Positions 31,265-40,124 of a stretch of DNA of 64,000 nt are shown one piece after another. The notes under the pieces are model-generated. The model saw only the letters and a list, made by a program, of their open reading frames with translations. It made no database searches and was not told the origin of the DNA. Position 1 is the first letter of the stretch; every line of letters begins with the position of its first letter. Origin of the DNA: Lentisphaeria bacterium (GTDB lineage: Bacteria > Verrucomicrobiota > Lentisphaeria > JABSQK01 > JAWLHB01); assembly GCA_041690595.1 (NCBI GenBank), contig JAWLHB010000004.1, forward strand, positions 124,001-188,000, in the 5' to 3' direction. The position numbers and the translations under genes were made by a program.

Positions 31265-32745
31265 ATCAGCACCTCGCTCTTCGTGCATTCGGCTTCATGA
31301 GTCGGCAGCCAAAGCTCGTCTGGCGGTAGCTGTAGCAGGTTCAGCGCCTGCGCCGTCCGCCGACCCGCCTCCGCCGGCGGCTCGCGCCGCATCAGCATCG
31401 ACGGCAGCAACTGGCTGAGGACCCCGGCGGCGGTTGGCTGGTAAGCCCACGGCTGGACCATGCTCAGCCGCGGCACCGATTCGAGGAAGCCACGCAGATC
31501 GTGGTTGCCCTGATTGCCGAAGTACTTCCCCGCCGCCTCCCGATGCGCTGGCATCGCCATCCCGCCAATTCCCAGCAGATCCTGCCCGAACGGGCCGCAG
31601 ATCAGCTCCAGCAGATCCAGCGCTGCCGCCACATGGCTGCACTCTCGCCGGATGCCAACCAGATAGGAGACGCCCGCACTCACCGGCGCGCCATCGCTGG
31701 GCAACGGCAGCACCTGCCAGCCATCGGCCGATTCCCGCAGAAACGACGCAAAGAGAGGCCCCCCCGCGAAGCACGCAAGGTTGCGAGCGCCATGCTGCGC
31801 GAGAAACGCCTGCGAGTCGGCGGAAAGATCCTTGCGCCACTCGTCTCCGACCTCGTCCAGTGTCGCCATCGCCAGCTCCAGCCCTTCCACTGCGGCCCGG
31901 CTCTCCAGCAGGCAACGATTGCCGCCATCCTCGAAAAACTCACCACCGGCCTGAAGGACGAAATTCTCCCAGTAGAGCAGATGATAATGGAAATAGCCGA
32001 AACGCCACAGCTTCTCGCCATCCCGCTGCCGCGGTAACATCGCCAGGCTTGCCACCAGGCTCTGCCAGCTCGTTGCCGCCCGCTCCGGCTCGATTCCCGC
32101 CTCCGTGAAGAGGGCACGGTTTACATAAAGCGCGGTCGGATTCAGCATGCGCGGCAATGCCCAAGTGCGACCGTCCAGCATCCCCATTTCTCGCGCCGGG
32201 GTAAAGAAGTCATCCGTCGGCAACCGCCCATCCAGATGCCCCGTCAGCTCCGCCAGTTCGCCCCGCCGAAGCGACCGGTTGAAGAGCCCCGCATGCATGG
32301 AGACGACATCCGCGCTCCCGAGGTTCTCTTCGAGCATGATCGAATCCTGCCGCATCGTCTGTGTCTGCCGGATCTCCAGCCGCCAGCCCGGATGCGTCTT
32401 CTCGAACTGATCCCGGATCGCCGCATCGACACTGCTCGCATGGGCCAGATCCTGAGCCTGCACCCAGCGCAGAGTCTGGTTCGCCTTCGGTCCTTCCCGG
32501 AGCGACGACTGACGTATGAAGGTGCCTTGGCGGGGCCGCCGATAGACCAGCCCCTTGTTCGCCAGCAGGTTCAACGCTTGCTTGATCGTGATCACACTCA
32601 CCTGAAACTGACGGGTCAGCTCCCGCTCAGGCGGTAATTTGCCATCGCCGAACGCCTGCTGATGTATCTGCTGTTCGAGGCGCTCCGCCACCTGCTGATA
32701 GAGGGGCACGTGCCCTCGGTAATCACGTTCCGTCCCGCACGCCAT
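31261..32745 (-). CDS. GntR wHTH fused to extracellular solute-binding (family 1) domain
   Basis: PLYQQVAERL...KLPPERELTRQFQVSVITIKQAL...RRPRQGTFI; then FEKTHPG, WALPRMLNPTALYVNRALFTEAGI. Confidence 0.88.
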   Translation of the reverse strand: MACGTERDYRGHVPLYQQVAERLEQQIHQQAFGDGKLPPERELTRQFQVSVITIKQALNLLANKGLVYRRPRQGTFIRQSSLREGPKANQTLRWVQAQDLAHASSVDAAIRDQFEKTHPGWRLEIRQTQTMRQDSIMLEENLGSADVVSMHAGLFNRSLRRGELAELTGHLDGRLPTDDFFTPAREMGMLDGRTWALPRMLNPTALYVNRALFTEAGIEPERAATSWQSLVASLAMLPRQRDGEKLWRFGYFHYHLLYWENFVLQAGGEFFEDGGNRCLLESRAAVEGLELAMATLDEVGDEWRKDLSADSQAFLAQHGARNLACFAGGPLFASFLRESADGWQVLPLPSDGAPVSAGVSYLVGIRRECSHVAAALDLLELICGPFGQDLLGIGGMAMPAHREAAGKYFGNQGNHDLRGFLESVPRLSMVQPWAYQPTAAGVLSQLLPSMLMRREPPAEAGRRTAQALNLLQLPPDELWLPTHEAECTKSEVLI

Positions 32746-32759
32746 TTTTTCTCCCGCGG

Positions 32760-32813
32760 CTGGCAGATGATTTGTTCTTGCGTATAATAAATATATCACG
32801 ACTGGATTGTCAA
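32760..32813. promoter_or_regulatory. Overlapping divergent sigma70 promoters
   Basis: Minus: TTGACA(32813-32808)-N18-TATTAT(32789-32784); plus: CTGGCA(32760)-N17-TATAAT(32783-32788). Confidence 0.6.
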
Positions 32814-32834
32814 CCGCGATGACAGGATTTTCCG

Positions 32835-34733
32835 ATGAAGACGCAGGTGCAGGACTCTCGATTGGCCGCCATGGCAGGCATGCTGGAAAGCTTGGCGGGT
32901 GGATATGACGATGAAGCTTCGCTGCTGGGTGATCTCGACCTTGCCAACTATTCCGCGGAGAGCAGGGCCCGCTACTTCGGCGATCTCGGCCCGCATGCCC
33001 TCCACTCCATTCGAGAATCGGCGGCCTATGCCTGGTTCCTGGCGGAAACGGCCCCCGACGATGCACGCCTGCCGGCCATCGTGGAGGCGATTCTCGCCGC
33101 CCAGGTGCTCGACCCGACCCGCGCCTCCTTCGGTCAATTCCGCTGGTATGCCGAGGAGAAGGATCTTCGCGACGCCAACGGCAACTTCTTCATCGGCTTG
33201 CCCCTCCTGCTGCTCTACCATTTTCATCGGGATCGGTTGACCTTGGAACTGGTGGAACGGCTCGCATCTGCCTTGCGCCTTCTGCTGCCAGTCTTCGCGG
33301 AAGAGGCCAAACGCGGCACCCTGACCTACGTGAACCCCCAACTGGGACGCCTCGTCATGCTCCTCCTGCTCGCCGAGCACTTCGCTCCCGAGCAGGCAGA
33401 AAACCGGCGCGATGACTTGCGCCACTACCTGGACTTCCTCCTCCAGTACGGTATCAACGAGTGCTACACCTCAGCCTATTACCAAGTCGACATGGCAATC
33501 CTCTTTTCACTCCTCCTCCTTGCCGAGGATGCCGCCACCGCCGCCCATGGTCGCCGGTTGCTGGACGAGATCATCCTGCCCGAGCGCGCCTTTTTCGGTG
33601 AGCGCTTCCCGGCCCCCTTCCGCCGAGGCTACAACCCAACTTACCGCTCCTCCATGCGGGATATCGCCGCACTCCTGCTCGGGCATGACCAGAGCCCCTA
33701 CGTGGCTGCTCACTTCGACCCCTATTCACCGCTGATGCTCTACCCCCTCTTCCAGCGGGTGGAGAGCGCGGCTCTCTATCCCCATGGATGGCCCGGCGAC
33801 GAGCGCACGCCTCGCGCCATGCGCGGCAGGATCTTCGATGACTGCCATGCCCAGAGCTTTCTCACCGACACCTTCCTGCTCGGTTCCATCGACCGCTATC
33901 CTCCCGTCACCACCTGCTGGCAGACCGTCACCGCCGGCGGCAGTGGCTGGCAGGATGGCCTCTTCTACCTGACGACCGTGGATCCCCGCGAGCTCTCCGT
34001 CATCCTGCGTCTCGAGGCGGTGGCTGCCGACGGTTTCGAGCGCACCCATCCCTATCGCGGCCGCTATCAGGCCGAGGCCGTGGCCAGGCTCTATCCCCAT
34101 CTCAGCTTTCCGCCTGAACCCAAGGTGCGCGTCCTCCAGCACCGCCACCTGGCGCTCTGCCTCTGGAAAGTCGACCGGGTCGATGCCGAGCTTCAGCGCT
34201 TTGGCTTCAGCCTTCTCTTTGCCCGCCATGCCGGGCAGCAGATCATCGCCGTCGAAGATCGCCTTCTGGTGGAGCAAGGGCCTCTCTGGTGCGGGCTGAT
34301 TCCCTTGCGCCGTGTCGACATGGGCGGCAGCGACCTCGCCCGCGCCGCCTTTTTCCCCTCCGGCTTCACCCGCCGTGAAGACGACGAAGGGCTGCACTGC
34401 GACATGATCCATTACCAGGGACCTTCCCGCCGCTTCAGCCAGAACCACCTCGCCGGCGGATTCGTGATGATCGTGCTCGAAAAGTCATCCTGCCCCAACC
34501 TCGAAAACGCACGTCAGGCGGTGGCCGCCATCACTGTTGATGAAAGCTGGCGCTCCGACCGTATCAATGCCCATATCGACGAACGCGACAGCATCCGAAC
34601 CGTCGCCGTGAGTGCCGGCGGCACGGAACTGCGCCTGGGCTGGAATCATTACACCGAGGAGGAAACGTGTCGAACCGTCAACGGTCGACCCGAGTCCTCA
34701 ACCGCACCCCTGCGTCAGATCACCTATGGCTGA
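32835..34733 (+). CDS. Hypothetical protein, possible alpha/alpha-toroid polysaccharide lyase-like fold
   Basis: Helical N-half with YVN and GINECYTSAYY resembling GxxEyxSxxY of heparinase II/III-like proteins; beta-rich C-half. Confidence 0.5.
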   Translation: MKTQVQDSRLAAMAGMLESLAGGYDDEASLLGDLDLANYSAESRARYFGDLGPHALHSIRESAAYAWFLAETAPDDARLPAIVEAILAAQVLDPTRASFGQFRWYAEEKDLRDANGNFFIGLPLLLLYHFHRDRLTLELVERLASALRLLLPVFAEEAKRGTLTYVNPQLGRLVMLLLLAEHFAPEQAENRRDDLRHYLDFLLQYGINECYTSAYYQVDMAILFSLLLLAEDAATAAHGRRLLDEIILPERAFFGERFPAPFRRGYNPTYRSSMRDIAALLLGHDQSPYVAAHFDPYSPLMLYPLFQRVESAALYPHGWPGDERTPRAMRGRIFDDCHAQSFLTDTFLLGSIDRYPPVTTCWQTVTAGGSGWQDGLFYLTTVDPRELSVILRLEAVAADGFERTHPYRGRYQAEAVARLYPHLSFPPEPKVRVLQHRHLALCLWKVDRVDAELQRFGFSLLFARHAGQQIIAVEDRLLVEQGPLWCGLIPLRRVDMGGSDLARAAFFPSGFTRREDDEGLHCDMIHYQGPSRRFSQNHLAGGFVMIVLEKSSCPNLENARQAVAAITVDESWRSDRINAHIDERDSIRTVAVSAGGTELRLGWNHYTEEETCRTVNGRPESSTAPLRQITYG

Positions 34734-34736
34734 GCT

Positions 34737-36608
34737 TCACAACGTGCTGAAGCTCGACCCCGCCGCATCGAGAAAGATCTCGATGTCGGCGCCAGTATGC
34801 GCTGCCGAAATGAAGTTCAACTCGAACTGCGACGGCGACAAGTAGATCCCCTCCGCAAGCATCGAACGCCAGAAGGCGCCAAATCGCTTGGTATCACACC
34901 GCTTCACCTCATCCAGATTGGTCGGGCGTTCGCTGGTGAAGAAGGGGGTGAACATGCCGCCGAGCTTCGCGCAGACCAACTCGATCCCGGCATCGGCCGC
35001 CCGTGCTTCCAGCGCCTTCGACAGACTCGCGCCCAGCTCCGCCAGGCAGGGATACGGGTTGCCGTCGCGCAACAGGCGCAGTGTCATCAGGCCCGCCGCG
35101 ACCGCGACCGGATTGCCGCTAAGCGTGCCCGCCTGATAAACCCTGCCGTTGGGCGCGAGCTGATTCATGATCTCGGCCGATCCGCCCACTGCCCCGATCG
35201 GCATGCCGCCACCAACGATCTTACCGAGACAAGTCAGATCGGGCTTCACGCCGCACATGACACCGTAGGTTGTCGGACCAAGCCGGAAACCGCTGATCAC
35301 CTCATCAAAGATCAACAAGGCACCGCAACCGGACGCCGCTGCTCGCAACCCCTCCAGAAAACCCGCGGCCGGTTCGATCAAGCCCATGTTGCCCGCCACC
35401 GGTTCGATGACAATGGCCGCCAGCTCGTCTCCGTGCGTACGCGCAATCTTCTCCACACCCGCCAGATCGTTATAAGGAACCACGAAGACATCGTCGGCCA
35501 CGGCAGGTGAAACTCCCGCTGAACTGGCTTGCCCCCCCGTCAGCAAACCGCTGCCTGCCGCCACCAGGAAGCTGTCGCTGTGCCCATGGTAACAACCGTC
35601 GAACTTTATGATCTTGGCACGGCCCGTGACGCCGCGCGCCAGGCGTACCGCCGTCATCACTGCTTCCGTACCGGAACTGACCAGCCTGCTCATTTCCATG
35701 GTCGGCACCAGCTCATGGAGCAGCTCCGCCATCTCCACCTCGCGCGGCGTGTTGACGCCGAAGGTGAGGCCATCCGCGCTGGCATCCACCACCGCCTGGA
35801 CCACTTGCGGGTGAGCATGCCCAAGAATGAGTGGCCCCCACGAGCCGCAGAAGTCAAGCAACTCCCGTCCTTCGACAGTCGTCATGCGGGCGCCTTTGCC
35901 GGACTTGATGTAGACTGGCTCGGCCTGTACAGAATTGAAGGCGCGGACCGGGCTGTTGACACCCCCGGGTATGTGGCGGGTAGCACGGGCAAAGTAATCG
36001 GCGGAGGTCGTCATGTTGTCTATTCCTGATTGACCAGTGGTGAATAGTCCCTCCCGCAGCGCGGTGGCGAGGGCGCGTCCCCGATGGCTGATGCGATCCT
36101 TCTGCGTCGCGTCCAACTCGGCGAAGGTGCAATCATAGCCGTCTGGGATGAAAATAGGGTCGTAACCGAAGCCGTTGTGGCCGCGCGGCTCCGTGTGTAT
36201 CCGGCCGCGCACCTCGCCCGTTACCGTGCCGATCAGTCCTGCCGGTGAGGCGAGAGCGATAACACAGACGAAGCGGGCCGAACGATCCTCGTGCCCCTCC
36301 AGCCGTTCGAGCACCTTGGCCATGCAGGCTTCGGTAGTGGCGGCATACCGCGCCGAATAGACGCCGGGTTCGCCATTCAGCGCAAAGACCTCCAGACCGG
36401 AATCATCCGCCACCACGGTCTGGCCGGTGGCTTTGGCAACGCCCAAGGCCTTGAGGATAGCATTCTCTTCGAAGGTGGTGCCACTCTCTTCGACCTCGGG
36501 GATGCCGCCGATCTCTTCAGGGGTGCACACGTCAATACCCAGCGACGTCAGGATGGCGCCCAGCTCCCTCACCTTGTGCGTGTTGTTCGTCGCGGCAAGT
36601 ATCTGCAT
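34737..36608 (-). CDS. rdgB-hemL: In-frame fusion of RdgB/HAM1 non-canonical purine NTP pyrophosphatase (N-term) and glutamate-1-semialdehyde 2,1-aminomutase HemL (from ATG 36014)
   Basis: RdgB: ATNNTHK, DDSGL, PGVYSARY, GFGYDPIF, SHR. HemL: PGGVNSPVR, SGTEA, YHGH, FDEV, GKIVGGG, GTLSGNP. No stop codon between them. Confidence 0.9.
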   Translation of the reverse strand: MQILAATNNTHKVRELGAILTSLGIDVCTPEEIGGIPEVEESGTTFEENAILKALGVAKATGQTVVADDSGLEVFALNGEPGVYSARYAATTEACMAKVLERLEGHEDRSARFVCVIALASPAGLIGTVTGEVRGRIHTEPRGHNGFGYDPIFIPDGYDCTFAELDATQKDRISHRGRALATALREGLFTTGQSGIDNMTTSADYFARATRHIPGGVNSPVRAFNSVQAEPVYIKSGKGARMTTVEGRELLDFCGSWGPLILGHAHPQVVQAVVDASADGLTFGVNTPREVEMAELLHELVPTMEMSRLVSSGTEAVMTAVRLARGVTGRAKIIKFDGCYHGHSDSFLVAAGSGLLTGGQASSAGVSPAVADDVFVVPYNDLAGVEKIARTHGDELAAIVIEPVAGNMGLIEPAAGFLEGLRAAASGCGALLIFDEVISGFRLGPTTYGVMCGVKPDLTCLGKIVGGGMPIGAVGGSAEIMNQLAPNGRVYQAGTLSGNPVAVAAGLMTLRLLRDGNPYPCLAELGASLSKALEARAADAGIELVCAKLGGMFTPFFTSERPTNLDEVKRCDTKRFGAFWRSMLAEGIYLSPSQFELNFISAAHTGADIEIFLDAAGSSFSTL

Positions 36609-36792
36609 ACGGGACCTTTTTTCATCACGGACAGGTATATCGATTCGCGGTGACAGCGCCAAATATAGCACACCTTCGCCAAAGCGCCGGGTGCCACGTA
36701 GAGGATATCGTCCAAACCCGGTAAAAGCGTGTGGACTTTCCTCCAACTAAGAATAGGGTTTCCCATACGATACACAAATAGGAGTGCCGATT

Positions 36793-38361
36793 ATGACGAC
36801 CTTGTACAATGGAATTACGTTGCCTGCGCCTTGGCCACCGCGGGATCGAGATCCCCTCTCCCGGCAGCCCATGTCGGTCCCCTATCTGGATCGGCCACCG
36901 GCGGTTATTCCCATCGATACAGGGCGTCAGCTTTTCGTGGATGACTTTCTGATCGCCGATTCCTCACTGGTGCGTGTCCATCATCAACCGGTGAAGTCGC
37001 CGGCAAATCCGCTCTTCTTTCCGCAAACCGAATGGGAGCGTAACGCCGACCTGCCACCGTGTACAATACCCAAGTGTGGCGGAGTCTGGTATGATGGGCG
37101 CACCTCCACCTTTCGCATGTGGTACATGGCCAGCTATCTCGGCGTGATGGCCTATGCCGAAAGCGAGGATGGGGTGCACTGGATTCGTCCGCGGCTGGAT
37201 ATCGTGGAGGGCACCAACCTGATTCTGCCGCCGGACATTCATCCCGATTCCGGGACTGTCTTCATCGACACTGTCACCAGCGACGACTCAGCCCGCTACA
37301 AGATGCTCATACGCGAACCCAATCCACCGAACATCGGATCGTTTCCTGCGCGGCTCTTCACCTCGCCGGATGGCTTGCATTGGCATGAATGCGGCAAGAC
37401 GGGAATCATGGATGATCGCAGCACCATGTTCTACAACCCGTTTCGGGATAAGTGGGTTCACAGCATCCGCGCCTGGATTCCGCCCGTGGGGCGGACCCGC
37501 CTCTACTGGGAGCATGAAGACTTCCTGCGGGCGGCTGATTGGCAGCAGGGCGAGCCACCCTTCTGGGTTGGTGCCGATTGCCTCGACGAAGCGGGCCAGT
37601 CACCGCCGCAGCTATACAACCTCGATGCCGTTGCCTACGAGAGTCTCATGATCGGATTCCTGCAGATTCTCAAGGGACCGCCCAACCAAAACGGCGAAGC
37701 CGTTGGCATGCCCAAGCTCACGGAACTGACGATTGCCTACAGCCGCGATGGCTTTCACTGGCATCGGCCGATGCGTACCAGCTTTATCGGTGCGCTGCGG
37801 GAAGGCGGATCCTGGGAGTACGGCTATGTGGAGTCGACAGGCGGAGTCTGCGTCATCGTTGGTGATGAAGTGTGGTTTTACTATTCGGCTTACGCCGGCG
37901 ACCACACCCGGATATCTGCCGACTGGCGCAACAGCGGCACCTATGCCAATGGCGCGGTTGGCCTTGCCAAGCTCAGACGCGATGGATTTGCCTCGTTGCG
38001 GGCTGGGGTACCGGGCGCTTCGGTGCTGACCCGCCCCGTGACCTTCTCCGGGCGCTACCTCCATGTCAATGCCAACACTGCCGGCGCGGAACTGCGAGCA
38101 GAGGTGACGGATGAGCACGGGCAGGTGCTTCCCGGCTATTCAAGGAACGAGAGTATCCCATTTGTTGGCAACAGCACCTGTGCTCGTCTGCAATGGCGGG
38201 AGCAGGAAGGGCTTGAGTCGCTTGCCGGGCGTTCCGTGCGGCTACGCTTCAGCCTCGATCGGGGCGAACTCTTTGCCTTTTGGATTTCAGCCACTGCGGA
38301 CGGTGCCAGCGGCGGTTACCCAGCTGCCGGCTGTGTGGGTTCCGGCCAGCGGCGGATCTAA
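36793..38361 (+). CDS. GH32/43-like five-bladed beta-propeller glycosidase-like protein
   Basis: GRQLFVDD, YAESEDGVHW, TSPDGLHW, YSRDGFHW Asp-box-like repeats, LRRDGFAS; AGGAG upstream. Confidence 0.75.
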   Translation: MTTLYNGITLPAPWPPRDRDPLSRQPMSVPYLDRPPAVIPIDTGRQLFVDDFLIADSSLVRVHHQPVKSPANPLFFPQTEWERNADLPPCTIPKCGGVWYDGRTSTFRMWYMASYLGVMAYAESEDGVHWIRPRLDIVEGTNLILPPDIHPDSGTVFIDTVTSDDSARYKMLIREPNPPNIGSFPARLFTSPDGLHWHECGKTGIMDDRSTMFYNPFRDKWVHSIRAWIPPVGRTRLYWEHEDFLRAADWQQGEPPFWVGADCLDEAGQSPPQLYNLDAVAYESLMIGFLQILKGPPNQNGEAVGMPKLTELTIAYSRDGFHWHRPMRTSFIGALREGGSWEYGYVESTGGVCVIVGDEVWFYYSAYAGDHTRISADWRNSGTYANGAVGLAKLRRDGFASLRAGVPGASVLTRPVTFSGRYLHVNANTAGAELRAEVTDEHGQVLPGYSRNESIPFVGNSTCARLQWREQEGLESLAGRSVRLRFSLDRGELFAFWISATADGASGGYPAAGCVGSGQRRI

Positions 38362-38362
38362 G

Positions 38363-38459
38363 GGAAGAGCTCCCAGGTGAAGCCAACACTTGTATGGGGC
38401 GCCTTGCGCTGTATACGGGTAAGGAAGACGGCGACGATGGCTGGCCCGGGAGCTCTTTC
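38363..38459 (+). other. Long nested hairpin (structured 3' UTR or ncRNA candidate)
   Basis: Outer stem 38363-38374 with 38448-38459, inner AGCCA/TGGCT and ACTTGTATG/TATACGGGT stems. Confidence 0.45.
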
Positions 38460-38576
38460 GCGGGATCCATGGCACCCGTATCTTTACGCGAATGCGGATT
38501 CTGGCAGACAGCCGCAGGAAAGACCTACTTGGTTCAACCAACGCCGATAATTGGAGAAAAAAGGCTGTAAAAGTAC

Positions 38577-38605
38577 TTGACGGTGTGGTTGGTGAGGGAT
38601 AGACT
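38577..38605 (+). promoter_or_regulatory. Sigma70 promoter of tandem-wHTH gene
   Basis: TTGACG-N17-TAGACT. Confidence 0.75.
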
Positions 38606-38630
38606 TCAAAAGTTCATGAACTCTTGAAGT
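38603..38630. promoter_or_regulatory. 28-bp palindromic operator
   Basis: ACTTCAAAAGTTCA|TGAACTCTTGAAGT, 13 of 14 positions symmetric, overlaps -10 and predicted TSS. Confidence 0.75.
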
Positions 38631-38641
38631 AGAGGTCTCCC

Positions 38642-39361
38642 ATGAGATCAATGTCAGATGCAGAGCTGGGTGAGTGGGCGCGCCTGGTGGCCTCAACCAG
38701 CCGGCTGCGGTTGCTGACGCTTCTGGCCCAGGGGGCGGATCTGCCGCAAGGCAAGCTGGCCTTGGCGCTGGGCTGTACCAAGTCCGCGCTGGCGAACAAT
38801 CTGCGCCTTGTGCAGCAACAGAAGCTGGTGCATCGGCGCGCACTCAAAGGTAACGCCTACTGGTCCATCGCGCCTGACGCGCCACAGAGTCCGCACCTGG
38901 CGATGTTGAATCGCTGGCTGTGCAAGGTGCTGGCAAGCGTCGAAGGGGACGAGAAGACCGAATCGCTGCATGCAATTCTTTTCATGGGAGCAACCATCTT
39001 CACCTGTCCACGACGTATACGCATTCTCCGGGAATTACATCGGGCCGGTGGCAGCATGCCCAACACGGAGCTGCGCGAGCGGCTGCACATGCACCCGTTT
39101 ACGCTGAATCATCATCTGGATAAGTTGCAGCGCCGGGGAATCGTTGCGGTAGAGGGTGCCGTCTGTCGCCTCGCCCTTAGCTTCAAGTCACCCCTGCATC
39201 GGGAGCTGTACCAGATGATCATGTTCGCCGAGGCACCGGATGCACCTGCGGAATGCCCGATGCACTCGCCGCCGGCACGAGACTCCGCCTCCGTCCTCAC
39301 TATCGATCCTTCGGCGATCCCCGCCACCACCGACCTCCCGCATCACTTCCCCGATGGATAG
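38642..39361 (+). CDS. Tandem (two-domain) ArsR-like winged-helix transcriptional regulator
   Basis: Repeat 1 ASTSRLRLLTLL...LANNLRLVQQQKLV; repeat 2 TCPRRIRILREL...LNHHLDKLQRRGIV; similar SPHL/SPLH tails. Confidence 0.75.
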   Translation: MRSMSDAELGEWARLVASTSRLRLLTLLAQGADLPQGKLALALGCTKSALANNLRLVQQQKLVHRRALKGNAYWSIAPDAPQSPHLAMLNRWLCKVLASVEGDEKTESLHAILFMGATIFTCPRRIRILRELHRAGGSMPNTELRERLHMHPFTLNHHLDKLQRRGIVAVEGAVCRLALSFKSPLHRELYQMIMFAEAPDAPAECPMHSPPARDSASVLTIDPSAIPATTDLPHHFPDG

Positions 39362-39419
39362 CAAATGCACTCGAAATGCCCTTCGCTCAACATTGGACTC
39401 AAAACCCGCGGTCGTTCAC

Positions 39420-39923
39420 ATGCATGAAGAGAGCTTTGGCGCGCCCTGGAGCACCTCGCTTAAGGTGCTGACCACCTTGTCGATCATTCTGTTGCTTGGC
39501 GTCCCCATCTTGATTGCCGTCAGCGCAACACGAGAGGGGACCCCATCGCCGACGGTCATTGTTGTTGCACCCTTGCTCATGGTACTCATCGCTGCATGCT
39601 TTCTGATCCGCGGCTATGTTTTGACACAGACAAGCCTGTACGTTCGTCGACTCGGCTGGCGGACTACCATCGATCTGAAAGAGCTGAAATCGGTCGAGAT
39701 CGATCCGGCAGCCATGGAGAAATCGCTGAGGACCTTTGGCAATGGCGGGCTCTTCTGCTTCGCCGGCCGTTTCCGCAATGCGAAACTGGGGACGTATCGC
39801 GCTTGGGCAACGGATCCGGCCCGTTGCGTCATCCTGCGCTTTCCCGACCACACCATCGTGGTGACACCCGACGACCCCACACGGTTTGCCGCCGCCCTCA
39901 GGAGTCGGCAAAATATTCCATAA
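39420..39923 (+). CDS. Membrane protein with bacterial PH domain (bPH_5-like)
   Basis: FGAPWS, two TM helices, SLRTFGNGGLF...GTYRAWATD...IVVTPDDP. Confidence 0.78.
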   Translation: MHEESFGAPWSTSLKVLTTLSIILLLGVPILIAVSATREGTPSPTVIVVAPLLMVLIAACFLIRGYVLTQTSLYVRRLGWRTTIDLKELKSVEIDPAAMEKSLRTFGNGGLFCFAGRFRNAKLGTYRAWATDPARCVILRFPDHTIVVTPDDPTRFAAALRSRQNIP

Positions 39924-40124
39924 ACTATTGAATTTCAGCTGGCTGATTGGCATTCGAAAGCCGGGTGTGGCATGGTACAGTGCCGAAGACCGGATTCAGG
40001 GACAATCTCAACCATCCGATCCGTTGTACTTGTACCTGATTCGCAGCATCATGCGGCGATAAGACGACATGTTCTATCATTACTCAGCCGGAGAAGACGA
40101 CGCGCGATGTTGACTGTCAGGGAG

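Noticed and set aside
39945..40030. tRNA-like start (CGGGTGTGGC, TTCGA)
   Set aside because: No cloverleaf; the T-loop-like motif is in the wrong position
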